A DNA stretch of 64,000 nucleotides, from the NCBI RefSeq assembly GCF_009834535.1, contig NC_045697.1:59956001-60020000 (forward strand). The letters are read 5' to 3'. The DNA comes from Camelus ferus (taxonomy: Eukaryota). Below, piece after piece: positions 55,190-64,000 of the stretch. A program made the position numbers and the translations under genes. Every line of letters begins with the position of its first letter. The stretch's first letter is position 1. Below the pieces are notes generated by a model. It ran no database searches and was not told the DNA's origin. It saw only the letters and a program-made list of their open reading frames with translations.

Positions 55190-55740
55190 CTTTGACATTT
55201 ATTGCACCCTTATGAAGTGCCAGGCACTGTGATGGACACTTGGAACATCCCATTTTTGCCGCTATGGTCTTCCCAGTCTGTTGGAGGAACTACCAAATGC
55301 CAACATGTCATAACAAACTATAATAGCACATTATAAATAATAATAACACCAGGACATGATAAATACAAGATAAGATATTTTCCACAAAGTTATGAGAGCA
55401 TAGAGAAAAGGGACCTCATCCAGCGTAGAGACAAGAGAACAGTGTTTGGAAGGTTACAGGGTTTTTCTGTTTGTTTGTTTAGATGAAATAAGGCAAAGAG
55501 AATACCATAAAAAGGGAATATTATGTGCAAACTGTAGAGATGTGAAAAAGCATATTCAAGTAAGTACAAGTGATTTGATGGGATGAGTTATTAAATATAT
55601 GTGAGAGGACCAGCAGCAGAAGTCCATATAGAAATTTAGGCAGAGGCTGGATAGAGAAAATACAATGAAAGACAGAATCAATATTTTAAAAAATTCTGTA
55701 AGTTATAACTGATTAGATAAAAGAAACGATATGAGAAGTT
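55190..55740 (-). mobile_element. L2 relic
   Basis: acatttattgcacccttatgaagtgccaggcactgtg. Confidence 0.6.
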
Positions 55741-55749
55741 GTTTAAATG

Positions 55750-55940
55750 GTAATAACATATGCTAAGTGCTCTATGTGGATTATCTCCTTTAATCCTTAA
55801 AATATCTGTAAAAGCTATTATTCTAATTTTGTATATGGGTGAAGAGACTCAGAGGGCTTCATTAACTTGTCCAAGTCACCCAGTCAGTAAATCTTCAAAT
55901 TTAGGTAGTCCACCTTCATTCAAATGCTGGCCTCTTTACA
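55750..55940 (-). mobile_element. MIR SINE
   Basis: atctcctttaatcctt...gaagagactcagagg...taacttgtccaagtcacccag. Confidence 0.7.
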
Positions 55941-58619
55941 TCTTTATTACGCTGAAAACCTATTCTAGAATTTTGATTGGGCACTGAGGTAGGTGAAAGG
56001 GTCATTTATTAGAATAAAGAAGGTTTTTTTTTAAATAATGAAAGTGAGAAGATAGTGAATTCAGCTTAAGATACTTCAAGTTTGAGAAGTCTTCAAAACA
56101 TTCAATAAGATATAAATGATAGGAGATTCGATGATATACACCTGAAAATCAAAACAAAGAACTCTGTGGTAAAATATAAATTGTTTAATGACTTACTAGA
56201 CAAGACTTCTTCCTTGGAGAATTCATAGTACAAGAAAAGATCATGGATGAGATCTAGAGAAACAAAGTAACATTAAAGAGACAGACTTCCGATAAGGCAA
56301 CACACCATTTGAGGTTAGCTCTAATGAAGGAAAACTCTTGAACATACTTTTTTCCAGGTAAATATTGGCAATAATTGTATCTTTATAGCAATTCAAAATA
56401 AGTATATTAATTTTCCTCTATAGAAGATTATAATATTTAAAGATAACCATGACATATTACTTAGGCTTTTCCTTTTCAGGAGATTTCCCCATTATTATAA
56501 CATGAATCCTGAAAATTAGCACCATCAGAAATACTTTTGGGGTTAAGCTATTGACTCTGGAAAGCACCTGTTAAAACATCTGTCCGTGGGTAGAGAAGAA
56601 GATTGCATTTACTTTTAGCATAGATCAGTTTATTAGATTAACTTTATTGAGAAGGTTCAAATCCCTAAAATAAAAGCAACATAAAAGAAGGCAGTTTTCA
56701 CTTCAGAGGCAGAGGGCAACCCAGAGAAGGGCTGCTCTCCATGAATGCACCCTTTCAGATGGCTTCAAGTCATCGTGAACATCCTAGAGTGAATCACTTG
56801 GACAAAAATTCAGAAAATGGAAAAGAACTAAAAGCCGATTGTAGTGTTTTATGAAATTTTCCATTGTCAAACTCTCATATATAAAGAATAAATTTAAAGT
56901 TAGTGTCAACTAGTTTTGAAAAATATGTTTATAGCAGGTTGTATGCATATTTTTCATTGAATATTTAGTGTCAGTGGTCACTCATCCCTGTTATACAGTC
57001 TGAATTCACTTAATACAGAGTTTTTTTTTCTTTCATAAATTCAGTATAAAATTCCAAGTCATTTGCTTTGTTCAAAGCACTGTACTGGATATTAGGGAGA
57101 GCACTGTACTGGATATGAGAGAGAGAGTTAGATGGATAGGACTAATTGTTTTTAGGAGGTAAGGAAGTTTTAGTCTTCAAATTTTCAAAACTGATTCATA
57201 TTTTATGAGATTGTTGAAAGTTCATGATAAATAGAAACCAGGGACTTTAACTTCATAATATATGAAACACTAAGTAGTAATAGTTTACATATTATTGAAG
57301 TCAAGTATATAGAATAAATTTGAAACTTGTTAAAACATTCTAGATATAACAGTTCAGCTGTATTTTTAAATAATTAGCATTTTTAATATGGTATAGAAGT
57401 AACACAAATTTGAGGGTTTAACTTCACATTTTTCCAAAGTAGGGATATCACCCAGTGGTTATTTAACATTAAAAACTCTGAATTAAAAAAAAAAGATTTA
57501 TTTTTGCACATGATATATATATTCCTGGCTATGACCCAAACTATGAACTTATAGATTTAAAACCACAAAATGTATTTCAGCTATTAGCCTGTTACTACTA
57601 GTATTAAATATCACATTATATAGAAGAGGAAGATTACCATAAAAGCTTTGATACATTTTTGATATTAGACAAAAACAAATTGCTCAGAAAAAGGCAATAT
57701 ATCATGATCAAGACCTTGACTTATTTTGCTCTTCTTTCTATACCTCAATAATACTTTTCCCAAGTTTGAACTATCACTATTTTCAATAAGTATGCAAAAA
57801 TAAGTTTAGAGTCTTAAAACAATGCAGTATTTATACTTTATAAATTATACTCAAGCACTTATAGAGATTATAATGAAATTATATAGTCCAATTACAAAAT
57901 TCCTTTTGTAATGATAATTTTCCCGTCAAACAACTGCTGTCTAATAGCAAGGGTGGTTTTTCCATTGTATTGCTTCAGGATTAATTAGAATACTTGTTCT
58001 AATACATTACAAATGGAAATCAAACATGCCACTGATGAAAGTTGGTTGCACTGCTGATTGTAATTATAATTATCATTCTGTAGCTTTCTCACGGTCATAA
58101 CTACATAATTCACCTTTATTCTCACTAAGCCCTTCTAAACACCACCAAAAAAATTCCCACAGCTATATATATAATAAACCCATATCAATAAGACAATAGT
58201 GAAGTATATTATCATGACTCATGCCAGTATTATCAAATACAGTATTTCCCCAATCAGTGTTGCTGAAAAACTTTATTATACAATATACTTTATATAAGAT
58301 GCTCAAATCTGATTTGCTCACAAAAAGCAAATCTATATTTCGTCAGGTGGACTTATTTAAATCATCCATGATATGAATTCAAATTTCTTAGTTTTGTAAA
58401 CTCTGTTTTTCTGCACATTTTTGGCATGTGTGATAATTTCATTGGAGGAGAATCCCCTTGTAATTTCCTCCCATTCTGCTGTTCAGGTCCTCTTTCTCTT
58501 CTCCCTGATTTTACTCCTCAGATTTCACTTCCTGACTCTGTTTACCATAGTCTGTGTATTTTGTGGATAACCTCATCTGCACACATGAGTTCAACTACTA
58601 TGTATGTCCGTGTCTCCTA

Positions 58620-58970
58620 AATAGATCTCTAAACCCAGAAGTCATTTGAGTTCTAAATAGTCATATCCAACTGCCTTCTAAAGGTTTTTAGGTGGATAAC
58701 ACACAGTGAACACAAAATTAACATGTTCAGATTGAATTCATCATTTTTTCCCCAGTATACTCTTTCCTGTTTTTCATGATGTAGCCAAACATTCCCATGT
58801 TCTTCAAGGCCTCTTAGATCCATACTCCCCTTCACTCCTTACAGTCTAGGGGAATTATTACGATTGGATCTATCTCCTTAATATCTCTGATAATTCACCC
58901 CATCTCTTCACAACTATTCTATGACCTTTGTTCAGGCTTCTATCACATTTTCTTGGATTATGATAACCAC
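58620..58970 (+). mobile_element. L2 relic
   Basis: catatccaactgcct...aacatgttcagattgaattcatcat. Confidence 0.65.
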
Positions 58971-61339
58971 TACACACATTCTTATCTCTCCTCTATTAGA
59001 ATTCTTTAAGATGGGGCCTATTCCTCTCTATGAGCTCCCTTCAGAAGGGTCTCAGGGAAAGGAAGCTAATCTGACAACATGATCTTTAGTGAAAAGAATA
59101 AAAAAGGAAAGAAGAAAAGCCAAGGCACAGGTGAGTTATCCAGCCTGAGGGCCTCAGAATTGTCTGCTGGAAAGATAGACAAGGGGGCACTTATCCACTG
59201 GTTCCTGTCTTCTTTGGTCAAGTGCTAGTCCATGGAGCGTTTACTCTTTAGAACTCCCATGTTTATGTGTGCATGAGTACCGGGTGTTTTTTCGGGTGGC
59301 CAAAGGCCTGGCTTCAGAAAGACCCTGGTATAGAAAGCAAGTGCTATAGTGAAACTGAGCAAGGTACTATCCATAATACCTGTGCAAAGCTTTCTGCTGC
59401 AGCAATGTCTGGAAGTGAGCTGAGGGGCAGGCACAAACAACCTCATTCCATGAAATGAACCTGAGTATGCAGTGCCCATGATTAAAAATCTGCATGACTA
59501 CATAAAGATTAAGCTCCTTAGCATAGCACCCAAGAATTCTCTGGGAAGCTGTACATACTGCTCCAAATCTGAGTCAAGTTTCTTTTTGAACAGTCCTGTA
59601 CCTACTATAGTATCTGGAACAGACACACACAGGAGCTCCTCGTTATCAAAGGATGCTTAGTACAGGAAAAAAGACACTTGAAGTAAATCCATTTAAAGCT
59701 GGAATCAAAACTTCACAGAAAATAGTGGCCAAGGAGAGGCAGTAGTGGAGTAGGATGGTGGGGGAAGCTAATAGAGAATTGCAATGATAGTAACAAATAA
59801 AAACATAGCTTATTTCCTTATAGATTTTAACAAATTTTAGCATATGTGAAAACTGTTCTCATTCTTAAATACATTTTAAAAGTGTTGCTTTTTTGCATAG
59901 AATTTTTCTGACACCTTTTTTAATATAGTGAAATTATATCCTTTATTACAATTTAATTTTTACGAAAGGATCATAAAGAATGTCATTTTTGATTGTGGGG
60001 AGAAACAAGATGGTGGAGTAGAAGGACGCCTGTAGCTCACCCTCTCCCACAAATACACCAAATCTCACATCTACAGACCTACTCAGCCAACCAGAGCACC
60101 TTCGGAACTCCGACAAAACATCACCTTCTTTAAAAGACAAAGACGCCAAAAATCTGGTAGGAAAAAAGGAAAAAAGAAAGAAGGAGAAGCAAAACAGTGT
60201 GGGACCGGTCTCGCAGGGAGGGAGTGGCAAAGGATGACTGGTGCTTGTTCACTGGATCTCCCCCCTCCAACAGAGAGGCCAGCAGGATGGAGGGGGAGCC
60301 TCCAAGGCTCAGAACTGCCCCGAGCACCCCCTGACCGACAGAACTGAGTTAACGGGCACAAAAGGTCCCCGCGACATCCAGCCTGAGATGCGAGCCGGCA
60401 GCTGGGGGCTGGGAGAGGCCGCCCGAGTCGGGTGGAGACTGGGGCGGCTGCACTGAGGCAGCCCCAGGGGACTGCAGGGTGCTGCACGCCATGGCTAGGA
60501 GGGGATATGGAGCAGAACAACCTCAGTCCCCCATAAATTGCAAAAAAAGAAAAGCAACATGGCTGGTGTGCCCTGATGGGAGGGGCACCGTAGCCTTTGT
60601 CTCCTCAGACCTGCGGCCCATTACCGGACTTCTCACAAGAAGTGGGGCAAGGCGCAGCCACAGCCGCCATCTCCTCCTGTGCGCAGCGCCCAAGTGGGGA
60701 CAAGGCTGAGCCCTGAATCTGCATTGGAGGGCTCCGCAACCTCCTAGGCAGGACTGAGACTTGTTTACAGCCCAAGGCAGATAGGATCTTTCTGCCCTGG
60801 CACCTCAGAGACCTCACGCCGCCAAGACAAACAAGGTGATGAGATTTGGATTTGGCATGGTGTAGGAGCTGGGCCATTCTGCGGTCTTCCCCTAGCCCGC
60901 CTTCAGAGTGCCGACACGAGGTGGAGCGGGCAGCTACACAGAACAGCAGAGCCACCAGCGCCGGGAGAGGGCGGGCGGCCGCCCCTCTTCCTGGCAGGAA
61001 TGCAGCACCTGACCACGGTGCTGGGAGGGGGCACGATCTGCCCACCTGCCTCGCCCGAGCGCAGCATCTGACTGTGGCATCTGGAGAGGCAGTGACCTGC
61101 CCACCCACCTGGTAAGAGCTCAGCACCTGACCCAGTGTTGGGAGGGGGCGCGATCTGCTAGCCAAAAGTGACTAGGAGCAGCACAGACGAGGGCGCCAAC
61201 AGAGGGCCTCTGGAAACAGCAAGCTGAGTTCGTGAAACAGGGTAAAGACACAAAGACCTCTCAATAAAATCATTAAGAGCACACCGTCTCCAGGAGAACT
61301 AGATAACTAATACTCCTTAAGCCACAGTGCCAGAGAGAT

Positions 61340-62238
61340 ATGAGCAATATGAAGAAGCAGAGGAACCACTTCCAATTAAAAGATCAAGAGAAATCCCCTG
61401 AAAGCATGATCAAGGAAATAGACATTGATGGCCTACTAGATCAAGATTTCAAAAAAGGAGTGATCAAAGTACTGAAGGAACTAAAAGAAATAGTGTTTAG
61501 AGATATAAAATATGTCAAAAAAGAAATAGAAGCTATAAAGAAGAACCAAGAATTAGTAAACTCATTTGCTGAGATGAGAGCTGCCTAAAGGCTGTACAAA
61601 AGCAGGCTAGATCATGCAGAGGAACGAATAAGTGACCTGGAAGACAGGACAACAGAAAGCACCCAATCAGAACAGCTGGAAAGAAAAACAAGTAAAAAAC
61701 TATGAAAACAATATAAGGGACCTACAGGATAATATAAAGCATGCCAATCTATGCATAATAGGGATTCCAGAAGGGGAAGAAAGAACAAAGGGGATTGAAA
61801 AGGTATTTGAAGAAATCATGTCTGAAAACTTCCCAAACCTGAAGAAGGAATCAGATATCCAAGTACAGGAGGCTCAGAGGGTCCCAAACAGGAAGAACCC
61901 AAACAGACCCACACCAAGACATATCATCATCAAGATGGCCAGAGTCAAGGATAAAGAAAGGATCCTAAAGGCAGCAAGAGAAAAACAAAGAGTGAGTTAC
62001 AAGGGAACCCCCATAAGGCTCTCAGCTGATTTCTCTACACAAACATTACAGGCCAGAAGGGAGTGGCAAGATATAGTCAAAGTCCTGAATGAAAAAAAGA
62101 TGCAGCCTAGGATACTCTATCCAGCAAGGCTATCCTTTAGAATAGGAAGAGAGAGAAAGAACTTCACAGACAAGCAAAAACTAAGAGTTTAGCAACACTA
62201 AACCCATGCTAAAAGAAATATTGACAGGTCTACTCTAA
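61340..62238 (+). pseudogene. L1 ORF1p, disrupted at the same positions as copy 1
   Basis: 82-aa and 186-aa pieces nearly identical to those of copy 1, with the same TAA and frameshifts. Confidence 0.92.
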
Positions 62239-62380
62239 ATAGAAAAGAAGCAGGATGCTACAAAAATGAGAAACTCATAACTGGAAAGGAGATAACTGCC
62301 ATGAATTACAAAAAGAATAAACACAAAATTGTAAAAGAAGACATCTAAATCATTAAGAGTGGGAGAGGGAAGCAAGGAAA

Positions 62381-62740
62381 GCCTCTGTGGAAAACAGTAT
62401 GGAGATTCCTCAAAAGACTAGGAATAGACTTACCATATGACCCAGGTATCCTGCTCCTGGGCATATATCCAGAAGGAACCCTACTTCCAAATGACACCTG
62501 CACCCCAATATTCATAGCACTATTTCCAATAGCCAAAACATGGAAACAGCCTAAATGTCCATCAACAAATGACTGGATAAAGAAGATGTGGTGTATTTGC
62601 ACAATGGAATGCTGTTCAGCCACAAAAACCGACAACATAACGCCATATGCAGCAACATAGATGCTCCTGGAGAATATCATTCTAAGTGAAGTAAGCCAGA
62701 AAGAGAAAGAAAAATACCATATGAGATCGCTCATATGAGG
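62381..62740 (+). pseudogene. Remnant of the L1 ORF2p C-terminal end
   Basis: [22 protein letters not shown]...[20 protein letters not shown]. Confidence 0.9.
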
Positions 62741-63859
62741 AATCTAAGGGGAAAAAAAAAAACAAAACAAATACAAAACAGAAACAGACTCATAGACATA
62801 GAATACAAACTTGTGGTTGCCAAGGGGGCGGGGGTTGGGAAGGGACAGACTGGGATTTTAAAATGTAGAATAGATAAGATCACACTGTATAGCACAGGGG
62901 AAAGTATACAAGATCTTATGGTAGCGCATAGCGGAAAAAAAATGTGACAATGAATATATACGTTCATGTATGACTGAAAAATTGTGCTCTACACTAGAAT
63001 TTGACACAACATTGTAAAATAAGTATTACTCAATAAAAAATGTAAAAAAAATTAGGTTAACTTGCAAAAAAAAATAGCCTATTGTGGGGGAAACTGATGA
63101 GATTCTAATAAAATCTAATAAAGTCTTTAGTTAACAGTACTAAAAAAAAAAAAAAGGAATGTCACTTTTATTAAAATAAATGAAGTTTTCTCACTTTTAC
63201 CCAAAAGGCTACCTGAGTTCTTGATTGCTAAAACATTGTTTTGAAATAACTAACATATCATAACTTGTATCAATATTTTCTTCCATTTGTTAGCTGCTAA
63301 ACTTTTTAAAGTCCTTCATTTAGCAGTGGCTTTGTATGTGACTGGAATAGTCTATGAACAAAATTTTATTGACATATTGAAAATGTGGTTCTTGCAAGAT
63401 ATGCACTTGCACTTTCTAATTAATTTGCATCGTATTTGCATTTTGTTGACTAATGTTTACAGGACACTATTGTTAGTGAACAGAATTATTGGTAAAGAAC
63501 TTGAGGAGAGGAGCAGGGACATTCAGTAATGTTAAGTGGCCGACAAGGGGGACAGGGAAGTATTTTACTAAAGAATAACTTTATAAAGTATCATTCCTTA
63601 GTGATTATTTTCATGCGATAGCAAATTTTGTTTATCTTCTCAACCTCATAGCTGTGGGGATTCAGAATGAATGGATAATGAGAATATGCTCTATATTTAC
63701 TTTCTATTCTTTTATTGTCCTCATAGGAGCTTTTCTGTTCCATTAAAATTGCCAGTGTACTCCTCTTTCTCCAGTTAGGTTCTACATTCTGTAAGGTTAG
63801 CTGACTTCTAATAAAAAAGAAATTAGCAATAATAGGTAATTACTGATAGACAACAGTGT

Positions 63860-64000
63860 TGGTAAGAGCTTTACTTGAATTATCTCATTGACTTTTTATG
63901 ACACCCCTAGAAGGCACTGTACATTTGAATTGTTAATTATTATTCCATTTTATATGTCAGAAAACCAAAGTACAAAAGTATTTTTTCAAGCACATGCATT
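63860..64000 (-). mobile_element. MIR SINE fragment
   Basis: agagctttacttgaattatctcattg...attattccattttatatgtcagaaaacc. Confidence 0.55.

Larger units (their letters stand above)
59991..63153 (+). mobile_element. Internally deleted (ORF2-less) L1-derived retroelement, copy 2, with 3' transduction
   Basis: 16-bp TSD AAAGAATGTCATTTTT (59975-59990) / AAGGAATGTCACTTTT (63154-63169), 2 mismatches. Same architecture and same deletion junction (~62380) as copy 1. Confidence 0.92.

Noticed and set aside
57076..57125. 24-bp tandem duplication (agcactgtactggatat x2)
   Set aside because: Ordinary micro-duplication; not an array or CRISPR-like structure.
59010..59470. Possible ERVL (LTR16/33-like) relic
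   Set aside because: Composition is suggestive, but termini and family could not be supported.
60605..61165. Antisense ORFs in the element 5'UTRs (186 aa here, 143 aa at 26129-26560) as an ORF0 analogue
   Set aside because: Both start at TTG, their frames diverge after indels, and long open frames are expected in GC-rich sequence. Shared peptides only reflect DNA homology.
25369..63153. The two 3-kb repeats as LTRs of one giant element, or as a segmental duplication
   Set aside because: Each has its own TSD and poly(A), the flanks are unrelated, and there are no TG...CA termini.

Overview
AT-rich, repeat-dense mammalian intergenic or intronic DNA, very probably camelid: it carries a tRNA-Ala-derived vic-1-type SINE and artiodactyl-type L1 3' ends. 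I can support no intact host protein-coding gene. The dominant structure is two ~3-kb L1-derived elements (25369-28328 and 59991-63153). Both have an intact 5' end, a GC-rich 5'UTR, an ORF1 carrying the same four lesions, the same base-exact deletion of nearly all of ORF2, a 3'UTR, a poly(A) tail and their own target-site duplications. This is the signature of a non-autonomous L1-parasitic ('half-L1'-like) family. One copy carries a 3' transduction. The two cores are far more alike (~99%) than their ends (~85%), so gene conversion or assembly collapse must be excluded. Other content: an RPL35 processed pseudogene, several ERV1/ERVL/MaLR solo LTRs (one young and CpG-rich), MER20 and Tigger DNA transposons, old L1M/L2/MIR relics, and a 110-bp-arm inverted duplication. 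Repeat family names come from my recall of consensus sequences, and old-repeat boundaries are approximate.
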